This document shows, piece after piece, positions 36,777 to 46,743 of a DNA stretch of 64,000 bases. Numbering within the stretch: the stretch's first letter is position 1; every line of letters starts with the position of its first letter. The stretch comes from a virus: IMG/VR virus record IMGVR_UViG_3300010885_064671; one strand, written 5' to 3'. The notes under the pieces are model-generated. The model did no database searches and was not told where the DNA came from. It worked only from the letters and a program-made list of their open reading frames with translations. A program made the position numbers and the translations under genes.

Positions 36777-37475
36777 CTAGCTATTAACTTTTTTGATATA
36801 TTTAGAATTTGTTTTTTGAATCTCTATATTTTTTATTTTAAGTATATCTTGTATTGGATAAACTTTATGTATTTCTCTTTCAAAAAAATACCCACTTCTC
36901 CAATTAAAAACACTATTAACATTTTTCTTATGATTAACAAACATGTTACATACTACAGCGCCACCATATGATTTAACTATATTGGCAAATTTATTTTTCA
37001 GTTCTTCGATATTGACATTGTCCAGTCCACCGCTTTCTTGGGCTTTTGAAAATAACCAATTAAAGGCCTGCCTATTCATCGGTGATACATCTATAGGATC
37101 TATGACCCCTAATAGTATAGCTTTGTTTCTGCTATTTGCTATCTGAATATCTTCTTTTATAACTTTTTTAAAAAGATCAAACCAATCTCTTTCATTAAAC
37201 TGCACCCATGCAGTGCACCAAAATAAAAGATTTTCTGGTGGAGATGGAACTATACTTTTTTCGGTGTACGGAAGCAGAACTGCACAGCTGATAGCTCTCT
37301 TCATAAAAGATTTTCTTGATTCTTCAGACTTAGTTTTGGAACCAGAAATTTCCCAAAGTTTATTTATATTCTTTCGCCAGTCAGTTGGGCCTAAGAATAT
37401 GTTTAGATACTTCTCTGCCACGTCTATAGGTATTGTATCCTCATTGATTACTTTCTGTAAACCATCTAAAGACAT
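36777..37475 (-). CDS. Hypothetical protein
   Basis: 232-aa ORF with an ATG start. Confidence 0.5.
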   Translation of the reverse strand: MSLDGLQKVINEDTIPIDVAEKYLNIFLGPTDWRKNINKLWEISGSKTKSEESRKSFMKRAISCAVLLPYTEKSIVPSPPENLLFWCTAWVQFNERDWFDLFKKVIKEDIQIANSRNKAILLGVIDPIDVSPMNRQAFNWLFSKAQESGGLDNVNIEELKNKFANIVKSYGGAVVCNMFVNHKKNVNSVFNWRSGYFFEREIHKVYPIQDILKIKNIEIQKTNSKYIKKVNS

Positions 37476-37520
37476 TTATAATCCTTTATAAAATTATCAA
37501 AACCTATAAAACAAGTCCGG

Positions 37521-37552
37521 AAAAAGATCATCCCGCCCTTTCGGGCGGGACG
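37521..37552 (-). terminator. Rho-independent terminator (minus strand)
   Basis: 8-bp GC stem tcccgccc/gggcggga with a tttc loop, followed on the minus strand by tgatcttttt. It lies about 90 nt after the stop of 37637..38248. Confidence 0.7.
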
Positions 37553-37636
37553 TCTTGATGTCATTTCTGAGCGTCGGTTTCCGTATCACCTAGTATAGCA
37601 TGATGATGGTTTACTTACTGCGTATTTTGTGATTTA

Positions 37637-38248
37637 TTACAATGCCTTTGCTGAAGCAACGCCCTTCCATTCTTTTGGATGTTCTCTACCATAAACGGTG
37701 GTTACATTAGCCTGACCATAACTTCCGCTGATGGTTTGCGTGCTTGGGACACCATCAAAAATATAGTTGTTATAGAAACCATAATACAGACTGCGCTTAG
37801 CATGTCCCATCCCCGTGAATGCATTTGCGGATGTAACACCGTCAAAAATATAATTGCTATAGGAACCGTAATATAGATTTCTCTTAGCGTGGCCGCCATT
37901 GAGAGCTTTTGCTCCGGTAATACCCTTGTATTCAAGTGGACGGAATCTTGCACCGTCATAAGTTGCTGTGCCGTCTGGGAATGTTCCGGCCAAAGGTGTG
38001 GTGCCATTATATAGTGTTGAACCGTTAAGAAGCTGTGACATGAACACATTACCTGGGCGGTAACCAGTACCTGGAACGTGTGCGTTGTCTGGACCGTCGC
38101 GGAGTAACTGGCTAGTGTTGTATAGTGGGTAATACGAATAGGTGCCGTTGCCCTTCGCCTTGCCGGTCATGGTGTAATATGGATTAACCATGCTATTTGT
38201 ATTTTGGCCCGCCAAAACAGGTCTTGGACCAACGTAAGATGTAGCCAT
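37637..38248 (-). CDS. Gly/Tyr/Asn-rich structural protein with an internal duplication; probably highly expressed
   Basis: 203 aa. GHAKR[NS]LYYG[SF]Y[SN]NYIFDGV occurs twice. C-ending codons are visibly enriched relative to neighbouring genes. It has its own strong terminator. Confidence 0.6.
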   Translation of the reverse strand: MATSYVGPRPVLAGQNTNSMVNPYYTMTGKAKGNGTYSYYPLYNTSQLLRDGPDNAHVPGTGYRPGNVFMSQLLNGSTLYNGTTPLAGTFPDGTATYDGARFRPLEYKGITGAKALNGGHAKRNLYYGSYSNYIFDGVTSANAFTGMGHAKRSLYYGFYNNYIFDGVPSTQTISGSYGQANVTTVYGREHPKEWKGVASAKAL

Positions 38249-38335
38249 TATTGAATCTCCTTATATAGCTTTGATGTGTATATAGTAAAAATATATATTG
38301 TTTTTCAAACCTTTATTTATCAAATAAAATAAAGA

Positions 38336-39595
38336 TCAGACAGGATCGTAATCAATGACTAGGTCAGACAATATTGGTGCAGTTTTGTCTTCCAGCATAT
38401 TTAGCGTAATTTCTATCCAAACTTCACTAGATGCACCAGGATTACTGGTAGAATAGTTGCCGCCATCTTCATATATCACCCTATAGGAAAACGCTTGGCC
38501 CATCATACTTAAGGGCACATTATACATGATTGGATCGACTCTATTTATAGAACCTATCAAAGTACCAGCTGGAGCCTTAAAATTAATTATAGTTTTACCA
38601 GATGTAAAGAATTTATCATACCTAACATCAAAATCAGATAAGCCATAAGTATATACATATTTATCCAATTCTTTAAAATAATTGCTTTGATGCATGCGAA
38701 CACGAATAGCACTCATTTCAATGTCCGGGAAATAGAAGGCCAGGGGACCAGAATTCTTTATCTCATCTGAGCCATCTATTGTCCAACCACCAGGAGGTAT
38801 ATATCCTACTGCACCAAAATCACCATCATACAACGAGTCCATATTTAACGGAGTCCACCCATCATTATCTGTTAAAGTTGGATTCTCTTTTGTAGTATAC
38901 TCTATCGAATAAATATTTACAGAATGCATTGGATACGGGTTTAATTTAACACAATTAGTTTTCATAGAACCAGTAAATTCTGAAGGCAATTTAAAATAAA
39001 GCATTAGTCGGGCAGGACCTTGTGAGTTACTATCTGAGATTACAGTTCTGCTCCAAATTTTGTTTGGATCATCTAAAATGGCGTTGTAGACCGGAGTTGT
39101 ATTAATAATAGCACCAGGAGAATCTATACCGCCTAAATTATTTTGCACATTTGCCTTGAATATATCAGACACAACTTGTCCATTTGTCGGATCATAGAAC
39201 TTAACCTTAGAGCTAGACGCGTTGGGAACTTTAGGTAGTGTAATTATATTATAATATGGATCTAAGCTTAGCAATTCGGTGGGGCCTATCGAAAATTCAG
39301 TAGAAGTAAACTGTGCGTACTGAACTTGGCTAAATGAATATATTGATAATGTTCCAGCATCCGATTCCATTGCCGCAACCCTATTGGACAGATCGACAAT
39401 TGCATTAGAAAGCATTGATTGATCTTTTAGAACTCTTTCAAAAGCTTCGGCTAATCTAGCATCAATTATATTAGCTTTATTGTATAGATACAATAGATCT
39501 TGATAGTTCTCTTCTATTCTAGAATTATAATCAGTGCTGTCTACTGGGCCACCGTACTGCATGTCCCTTTTCTTAGTATTCATTATATCAACCAT
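38336..39595 (-). CDS. Structural protein of the tail-fibre/baseplate module, function unknown
   Basis: 419-aa ORF in an operon-like run with the fibre genes. Confidence 0.55.
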   Translation of the reverse strand: MVDIMNTKKRDMQYGGPVDSTDYNSRIEENYQDLLYLYNKANIIDARLAEAFERVLKDQSMLSNAIVDLSNRVAAMESDAGTLSIYSFSQVQYAQFTSTEFSIGPTELLSLDPYYNIITLPKVPNASSSKVKFYDPTNGQVVSDIFKANVQNNLGGIDSPGAIINTTPVYNAILDDPNKIWSRTVISDSNSQGPARLMLYFKLPSEFTGSMKTNCVKLNPYPMHSVNIYSIEYTTKENPTLTDNDGWTPLNMDSLYDGDFGAVGYIPPGGWTIDGSDEIKNSGPLAFYFPDIEMSAIRVRMHQSNYFKELDKYVYTYGLSDFDVRYDKFFTSGKTIINFKAPAGTLIGSINRVDPIMYNVPLSMMGQAFSYRVIYEDGGNYSTSNPGASSEVWIEITLNMLEDKTAPILSDLVIDYDPV

Positions 39596-39596
39596 G

Positions 39597-40001
39597 TTAA
39601 ACGCCGCCCTCTAGTAACTTCACTTTTTTTTCTATCCTTGATACAATAGCAGATAGCCTGTTCATTTTGCTTAAATTTAATACAATTTCAGAAGGAGTAT
39701 TTATACCATACACATCCTGATAGTAAACTTTTATATCTGTTAAATTATAGAATAACCCATCACTTAAAGATTCTTGATCTGTCAAATTAGTCAAATTGCC
39801 TACAAAATTTTCTGACAATAAATTTATATCTGATTCGCTTTTAGATAAAGAATTATTAATCTTATTGATGTCTATTAGAAAAAAATTTGCTTCCCTATTT
39901 TCATCCACACTACTTCTATGGCCCCTATATTTTTGTCTGTTTTTAGTGAAGACTGGCTGAAGTAATAATTTATTTATTTTTTTAGAAAATGTTTTTGCCA
40001 T
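39597..40001 (-). CDS. Structural-module protein, function unknown
   Basis: 134-aa ORF. Confidence 0.5.
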   Translation of the reverse strand: MAKTFSKKINKLLLQPVFTKNRQKYRGHRSSVDENREANFFLIDINKINNSLSKSESDINLLSENFVGNLTNLTDQESLSDGLFYNLTDIKVYYQDVYGINTPSEIVLNLSKMNRLSAIVSRIEKKVKLLEGGV

Positions 40002-40041
40002 ATTTGTCGCCTTTTAGTATAGTAGTAAATATCAAAAATTT

Positions 40042-42165
40042 TTATAAGTCTTTATGTTTAAACTTTATTTTTAAAGAATCTAATTTAGGAGCAGAAAAAG
40101 GATTATTAAACCTAGCAAAATCGACCCTATATCTTATAGCCGCAGGTGCATATGCTGCTTCTTTTGAGATATAACTAAACCTAGACAGACTACTAAGAGG
40201 GGAAGATGCAAGTATTTCCTTCCTTCCGTATGGTGCGTCAATTGTAAAGTATAAATTATCATCCATATTTCTATTCATAAAATTAAATTTGTCCAAGTAA
40301 AAAAAGTAGTCAGTAAAGATAGAACCATACGTCGATAGATTTTCGCCCTCAATAAGACTAAACGATACCGGCCCAGATACTGGCTTATCATAGGTAATAA
40401 CTATCTCATTTAAACCTTCTACTAAATCCCACTGAATACTTTGATCTAATTTTCCTGCTGGCAAATTAGCTATATTTAATCCATTAAGATATATAGCTAA
40501 GTTAAAACTGTTTATAGACTTTACTACATCGCCTCTTATTGTTATTGGTTTATCAGTAATAATTTTAGTTTTTATATAACCAGAAGAAGGAGAGTTAATA
40601 CCCGGAGCAATATTGCCCAATTGTTCGGTTAGATTATTTGATAGCAAATTGTTGTCTAAACTATTGATTTCCTTAATCCAAGTATCTGTATCCTGGTATC
40701 TAGATAAAGCACCATCGAGCGTATAATAATGCTTAAACGAGTCCGTGTTTCCAAGTAAAACTGGATTATTATAACTTTCTTCTAAGCTTAAAGCTGCAAT
40801 TCTATATACCTGTTTACCTGTGTATATCTTTGTGGTCGGATTAAGATCATTAATATTTTTAGCATCTGTGCTTATCGGTATAAACCCTAACTGATTTGGC
40901 TTTGGAGTTTGCGAGATATACACAATATTCTTTGTTGAACCATTAAAATTGACAACAGAAGGAAACCCAGCATTTTCTGAACCAGAAGGAGATATGGGAA
41001 TCCAATTAAAATCTGATATAGAAGTTGCCTTTGAGTTATCTTGTGAAACATAGTATTGGATTACACCATCATTAATAAATTGCTCCTCTACGGAAATTGA
41101 AACAGCATCAATAAATATTTGCTGGTTAGTATTCTCCGGGAGACTTATAGGCTTAGATACTATTGTCCCTGTCTTAGCGACCGTATTAGAGCCTATTATT
41201 AGATCCCTAAGACCCATCCTATAAACATATGGTGATAAAGAATTATTGTCTATAAAATCAGGTTCATTTTTTACCATTGTTAATTCTATATTAGAATAAT
41301 TTTTTGGTTTAATTGAAAAAGAAAAAGAACTATAATCAGATGTAGATGATTTAATATAAAAATCATCTGGAGATCCATCAGAATATGAGACCCTCAATTG
41401 CATGATCACCGGAGAAGACGTGGATAGATACCCTTCCACCTTGGAGATAATAGCACTGCTAGATATTGGGATACTTATACCTACAGAAACTGGCACTGGT
41501 GCAACTGTTCTATGTTCTTTCATCCAGTAAGTATCATTTAACCCATCAAAAATATTATTAAAATCTGTTGCATCTACGACTGAGCTTACCTTAACACCAT
41601 TTTCATATAGTGATATTGAAGGAGTTAAGTTAGACAGATTATCTACCGCAAAAATAGTATACCTATCAGAGACCTGGGGGCTCATGGAAGCAGAGCCCAA
41701 ACCCACATCTACGTATCCAGTGCTAAAAAAAGTATCAATATTTAAAATTGAAGAAAAATTTTCTGTATATGAATAAAAATATCCATCAGTATTATTATTT
41801 GTAAATAATAAATCATCGATTTTAGATTCTAACATTTTTCTTCTATTTTTTAAATTATCAACAATCCTATTAAGGGCAGTAACAACGCCAAATAGTTCAT
41901 CATTATTCTCTAAAATTGTATCATATAATATATCTATGTTATATAAATTATTTATCATTATCTCGTTAAGCAGATCTGCACTCGTTGCTCTGGAAGATTG
42001 CAGGGCCACATAATCTATACCTACAGGAAAACCTGGTTTATTTGTAGTGAACCAATCACTAAATGCCTTTTTGATTTGCTGATCGGTAGGTTTTACGCCA
42101 CTAGAATAAAACGATTTATAAATATGCTCAAGAAGTCTTCTTTTTTGCACTGTGGAAATGTTCAT
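40042..42165 (-). CDS. Large structural (tail-fibre/baseplate) protein
   Basis: 707-aa ORF with an ATGA overlap with its neighbour. Confidence 0.6.
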   Translation of the reverse strand: MNISTVQKRRLLEHIYKSFYSSGVKPTDQQIKKAFSDWFTTNKPGFPVGIDYVALQSSRATSADLLNEIMINNLYNIDILYDTILENNDELFGVVTALNRIVDNLKNRRKMLESKIDDLLFTNNNTDGYFYSYTENFSSILNIDTFFSTGYVDVGLGSASMSPQVSDRYTIFAVDNLSNLTPSISLYENGVKVSSVVDATDFNNIFDGLNDTYWMKEHRTVAPVPVSVGISIPISSSAIISKVEGYLSTSSPVIMQLRVSYSDGSPDDFYIKSSTSDYSSFSFSIKPKNYSNIELTMVKNEPDFIDNNSLSPYVYRMGLRDLIIGSNTVAKTGTIVSKPISLPENTNQQIFIDAVSISVEEQFINDGVIQYYVSQDNSKATSISDFNWIPISPSGSENAGFPSVVNFNGSTKNIVYISQTPKPNQLGFIPISTDAKNINDLNPTTKIYTGKQVYRIAALSLEESYNNPVLLGNTDSFKHYYTLDGALSRYQDTDTWIKEINSLDNNLLSNNLTEQLGNIAPGINSPSSGYIKTKIITDKPITIRGDVVKSINSFNLAIYLNGLNIANLPAGKLDQSIQWDLVEGLNEIVITYDKPVSGPVSFSLIEGENLSTYGSIFTDYFFYLDKFNFMNRNMDDNLYFTIDAPYGRKEILASSPLSSLSRFSYISKEAAYAPAAIRYRVDFARFNNPFSAPKLDSLKIKFKHKDL

Positions 42166-44084
42166 ATCTGCTTAACCTTAGCTGCCAATTTGTAAGAGTA
42201 GATAATCGGAGCCAGATTTGTAGATCCTTTTACCAGTCTAAGCTTAACTACTATACTCTTTACTTGTTTAGGTATATTATATACCACTTTGTTAATAGTA
42301 GCTTTTGGAGAGTTCAGATACATTACCCCAGGAAGCTTAAATCCTTCTGCTATATTTTGATTAAAAGCTATTATTTCTGGTATAGAAGATCCAGATACAA
42401 CACCGTATGAATACCCCTCTTGGACAGGTGATATTTCTATATACTTTTCGCCATCATCTACTGATATGAAAGCTTGTATATACCCACCTGTACTCGCAAT
42501 TACACTATGGTTACTTTCTATGTCAAGCATTATTGATTCAACTGGAAGATCAAAATTGTAAACCTTAGAAACTATTTCTGCCGTGCTTTCGTATTCCTGG
42601 TAAGATAAACCTATATCCCTTATCCCTATGGACATTCTTTTAGCTGGAAGAATTTCTTGGTTAATTTTTAATGGGATAGAAAATGTTTCCTCTGAAAGAC
42701 TAGAAGAATTTTTTTGGTTATTTGATAATATAGATACTGCAATATTTTGATTTAAGATATTGTCTTTTTTAAAAATATTAGGGTTAGTCAACATGGGCAC
42801 TACGAGAGTCTTATCATAGCTAACTTTATTATACAGATCCTTACTCAAGGTTTCTGGGTTAAATCTTGACGACCCATGGAATGGGCTATTGTCTAAGTTT
42901 CCAAATTCATAATTAGTAGACCAGTAATTATGAGCTATTTCTACATCTTGATAATAAACTTGCTCAATAATTACTCTACATTCCTTTACGTTTCTTTCAG
43001 AGAAGAAAAATGTACCTGAGTTCAAAGAGTAGTTTCTGAAAGATTCGTTAGTTAAATATTCTAAAGAAAAACCTATATAAAATTCTGAATCTAAAATATT
43101 TTCTGTTACACCCGCAGTATCAGTAATTTCTATTTTTTTTATCTTTATAATTTTAGATGAATCAAAATAAGGAAGTATCGTAATAGAATTTGCCTTCTGA
43201 GATACTCCAGATTCTATCAGAACGTCTAACACTAAGGGCTCTTTCATGTCATGCTCTGACCAATTAATTAAACTATTTTTTTCTGCATTGACAAGCGTTG
43301 TGTCATCGACTATGTAGCTGAACTCTAGCTGACTTCTGTCCACACCATCAGATTTTTCCACATTTAATGCCTCGTACACAAAGTATGATGCTGGATTTGA
43401 ATCTACAATATTTAAAACATTAGAAGAACTTGGAGAATTAAAAAAATCGTATTCGTAATTCAAACCAGAAACAACATTTTGTTTTTTTATAGCCACATTA
43501 TTATTGCCTATAAAACCATTAGATTTTAAAACACTAACTTTATTTGGCGACCAAGCTTTTGAACCATTTTTTATACGAACAGTTGCAGAACCGTTTGTTA
43601 TCATTGGATTTTGATTTACATTAACTTTAGAATAATTTATATAGTCTGCGTTTTCAAATGAATCTCCATTATATACAATGTCATTTGCTGGGCTAGAGCT
43701 ATACAATTGCAGAATTTTTGTTTTTGAAAAAATTCTTTCTGAATATTTTTTTTCATTTTCCACTTCTGAAGTAAATAAATTAAAAACACTTATTGCTTTA
43801 GCGCTTAAAAAATCTAACTGCTTAGCAGAAACGTTTATGTCATCCATGAGAGTATTAATATATTTATTCATTTTTACAGAAGATGGCGGTTCTCCTTTAG
43901 TAAAAAGTTGTAATTGCGATTTAGGGGAATTAACCTTATCGTATACGTCGACTAGAGTTTTATTAAAATCATTTAAAATATCTTCTTTTGTGACGTATTC
44001 TCCTTTATTGTATCTATTTAATATGCCTGATATAGCAATAGCCACTTGATCATATATTAATGTTATTGGAGAAAGTTGAGTCAT
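42162..44084 (-). CDS. Large structural (tail-fibre/baseplate) protein
   Basis: 640-aa ORF. Confidence 0.6.
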   Translation of the reverse strand: MTQLSPITLIYDQVAIAISGILNRYNKGEYVTKEDILNDFNKTLVDVYDKVNSPKSQLQLFTKGEPPSSVKMNKYINTLMDDINVSAKQLDFLSAKAISVFNLFTSEVENEKKYSERIFSKTKILQLYSSSPANDIVYNGDSFENADYINYSKVNVNQNPMITNGSATVRIKNGSKAWSPNKVSVLKSNGFIGNNNVAIKKQNVVSGLNYEYDFFNSPSSSNVLNIVDSNPASYFVYEALNVEKSDGVDRSQLEFSYIVDDTTLVNAEKNSLINWSEHDMKEPLVLDVLIESGVSQKANSITILPYFDSSKIIKIKKIEITDTAGVTENILDSEFYIGFSLEYLTNESFRNYSLNSGTFFFSERNVKECRVIIEQVYYQDVEIAHNYWSTNYEFGNLDNSPFHGSSRFNPETLSKDLYNKVSYDKTLVVPMLTNPNIFKKDNILNQNIAVSILSNNQKNSSSLSEETFSIPLKINQEILPAKRMSIGIRDIGLSYQEYESTAEIVSKVYNFDLPVESIMLDIESNHSVIASTGGYIQAFISVDDGEKYIEISPVQEGYSYGVVSGSSIPEIIAFNQNIAEGFKLPGVMYLNSPKATINKVVYNIPKQVKSIVVKLRLVKGSTNLAPIIYSYKLAAKVKQI

Positions 44085-44094
44085 GTTTTCGTTC

Positions 44095-46743
44095 TTAACT
44101 GTTTGATATAACTTTGGTTAATTTATCGTAATATGGATCATAATTTTTTGTTTTTGCCTTTAGCAATACCGCATCTACGGATCCAGAATATGTGGTATCG
44201 GGTATGTTCTTCCTTATTATTAACCTAAACCTTATAGTATCTGCCAAGTAATCATAAGATACTATAACATCTCCAATAACTGGTTTATTAAAGATAATAT
44301 TTCTTCCATTTTGTATAAAATAATATAAGGAATTTGAACTACGGAATTGCGGGAAGATGTTACTCCCAGTATAATTTGTCAAATTTATAGCATAAGAACC
44401 GTCTGGCATTAGCACCTTAATCGGAGAGTACCCATTTTGATTACCCTGGAAAATTGTTCCAATTAGCTCGCTGTATATTGCGGTATCTAGACCATTTGTA
44501 TTAACGTATGGCATATTGCTTAGTTTAATTCTGCCAGATGAATCGGTACCACTAAACAATTCCCCGGGAGAACTGCCATCGTTGGCTGATTTTAATGATT
44601 CATTTAATAAACCTAACCTTAGAAAATCTAAGTTATCCACATCATATAAAGATAAATTTATATAATAAGAACATGCATAAATAGAATTTTTAATAACATT
44701 TTGCAAAATAATATCTCCAGATGGAAGTATTTTGTATTCTTTTGCATTTATGGGTATTCCATTTTTATATAATTTAAATGTATCCGGCCTTAATGGAAAT
44801 CTGGTCTTAGCAGAAAAGCTTTGCTCATCAAAAAATAAAACTTCTGAATCAATAAGGCTAACGCCAGATTCACAAATTGGTATCCAATTTTGCTCGCTTC
44901 TTATGACGTCTTCATTCGAGATGGACACCTCATACGATACCGCATTCTTTAGATTTAGATTTTGATTTAGAATATTAAATTCGTTAGCGTTCTTTACCAG
45001 TCTACATTTGATCGCCATAGGGTAACCATTAAAAGGAATCTTCCTGCTGACAAAACAAGCTTTTACATTTTCCGAAGGAATAATTTCACAAAGATCAATT
45101 GATTTTATAGAGAATGAATACTGATAGCCATCAACATCTGCGGTGTTAAGTAGTGTCTTTAGTAAATCATTTTTCCATTTATATTTTAGTGGCTTATTAT
45201 CAGAAATTTGATTTGGAATATTGTTTATATTTTGGGTTACTAGAAATCCCATTTTGCTAAAATTAAAACTTGAATTTATATTTGAATCAGAATTAATATA
45301 AACTGAATTCTCAAAAATTTCCCCTCTATCACCGATGGCGGTAGAAAAAAGATTTCTAAAAAGATCTGAAATCATATTATTTGGCAAGATGCTTGTTGAA
45401 TCCATCGAAAAATTTTCATACAAGTAATCATTATAACGATTTACTGAAGAGAAGGTTTGATCAATGCACGGGTATTTATATGTATAATAATCATCTATTT
45501 TATTATATGAATTCCTTGTAATTTTTTTATAATCATTATTATTTAGAAACACATTATACGCTAGATTTTGAATCTTATCAGTATTGCTATTCTTTATAGT
45601 TTTAATAATTTTTGCAGTGTTATATAATCCTACCCCATTAACTTCACTTTTTATTGGGCTATTTTTTGTTCTAGTATATGTTTGTTGATTTAATATTATT
45701 ATTATCTTACTTACTGAAGTTTTTGTAAACATAATTTCCGTATTTGAATTTATTATTCTTGGCTGTGACAAAACCCCATACTCCACATTCCCTTCAATCG
45801 GCAGAATGGTAATATCATCATTGTCTTCGAGATTTAGTGGGTCAGAATTTACTTCCCAAACAGTTGGATCTAAACCGGAAACTAAAACTAACTGCATTAA
45901 CTGCAAATTTTCTCCTGAATTAGGAGTTATTACTATTGAGTCCATACTTACGGGATATGCTAGTGTTATCTCTATAGCTGTTTGTGCCCCAGTTATATAT
46001 TTTGTATCATATGGTATATATTTAGAGTATCCTGATAATTTAGATGTCAAAATGAATGGAGATTTTACAGTTACACTCCAAGAATCAGTATACACATCAT
46101 TGTATACAGATTCAAAACCAGTATCAGTAGTTTTATATGAATCATAATTTGTAGTGATGCTATAATCATCTACCAAATTAATATAATTTTTTCTTGAAAT
46201 ACTATTACCTATTTTAAATAGGCCCAATTTTGTATCAATAAAACCATTACCGTCAGAATTAAATAAATTTCCATCTCTATCAAATAGATCAAAATTATAT
46301 CCATCTGATCTATAATCATTCATAAAATTGTCAAATTTTTCTACATAATTAGAATTAAAAAGATCATCTTTACCAGATATATATTCATAATTATCTATAA
46401 ATGTTTCTAAGGTTTTAATATCTTTTTCTACTTTTTCTATTTCAGAAGAAAAAATATCAATCATTGAATTAATTAATAAATTCACTGTATTTGCAGATGC
46501 GTAATGAGATTTTACCCTTAAATCTATATCTTTAAATATATCAACCAATATTTGTTTATCTAATTTATCAAAAGACTTTATAGTTGTAGTCGAAAAACCT
46601 GTATCAATTCTAAAAGAATTCAACCTGGATACTAGGCCAGGTATATCTTGTTTACTTTGTTTCATCTCACTAATTAAGGATGAAATTGTAGACTGTGTAT
46701 TTTTGGATAATGTATTGATTATAGTTGGAAGAAACTTATTCAT
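44095..46743 (-). CDS. Large structural (tail-fibre/baseplate) protein
   Basis: I chose the start at MNKFLPTI (ATG 46743, ATGAATAA overlap with the upstream stop) rather than the track's 46788. Confidence 0.6.
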   Translation of the reverse strand: MNKFLPTIINTLSKNTQSTISSLISEMKQSKQDIPGLVSRLNSFRIDTGFSTTTIKSFDKLDKQILVDIFKDIDLRVKSHYASANTVNLLINSMIDIFSSEIEKVEKDIKTLETFIDNYEYISGKDDLFNSNYVEKFDNFMNDYRSDGYNFDLFDRDGNLFNSDGNGFIDTKLGLFKIGNSISRKNYINLVDDYSITTNYDSYKTTDTGFESVYNDVYTDSWSVTVKSPFILTSKLSGYSKYIPYDTKYITGAQTAIEITLAYPVSMDSIVITPNSGENLQLMQLVLVSGLDPTVWEVNSDPLNLEDNDDITILPIEGNVEYGVLSQPRIINSNTEIMFTKTSVSKIIIILNQQTYTRTKNSPIKSEVNGVGLYNTAKIIKTIKNSNTDKIQNLAYNVFLNNNDYKKITRNSYNKIDDYYTYKYPCIDQTFSSVNRYNDYLYENFSMDSTSILPNNMISDLFRNLFSTAIGDRGEIFENSVYINSDSNINSSFNFSKMGFLVTQNINNIPNQISDNKPLKYKWKNDLLKTLLNTADVDGYQYSFSIKSIDLCEIIPSENVKACFVSRKIPFNGYPMAIKCRLVKNANEFNILNQNLNLKNAVSYEVSISNEDVIRSEQNWIPICESGVSLIDSEVLFFDEQSFSAKTRFPLRPDTFKLYKNGIPINAKEYKILPSGDIILQNVIKNSIYACSYYINLSLYDVDNLDFLRLGLLNESLKSANDGSSPGELFSGTDSSGRIKLSNMPYVNTNGLDTAIYSELIGTIFQGNQNGYSPIKVLMPDGSYAINLTNYTGSNIFPQFRSSNSLYYFIQNGRNIIFNKPVIGDVIVSYDYLADTIRFRLIIRKNIPDTTYSGSVDAVLLKAKTKNYDPYYDKLTKVISNS

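Noticed and set aside
37476-37636. A possible tRNA or small RNA in the relatively GC-rich spacer. A tRNA-Arg(CCG) or a frameshift-suppressor tRNA here would have been very informative.
   Set aside because: I could not fold a cloverleaf. There is no T-loop GTTCRANYC-like element and no acceptor/anticodon arm arrangement. The only clear structure is the terminator hairpin. No tRNA-like sequence was seen in any other intergenic gap of the window.
37702-38049. A 115-aa alternative-frame minus-strand ORF, and plus-strand ORF 37679..37876, inside the Gly/Tyr-rich gene
   Set aside because: The longer 203-aa frame has the start context, the internal protein-level repeat and the terminator. The alternatives are by-products of the GC-richer repeat DNA.
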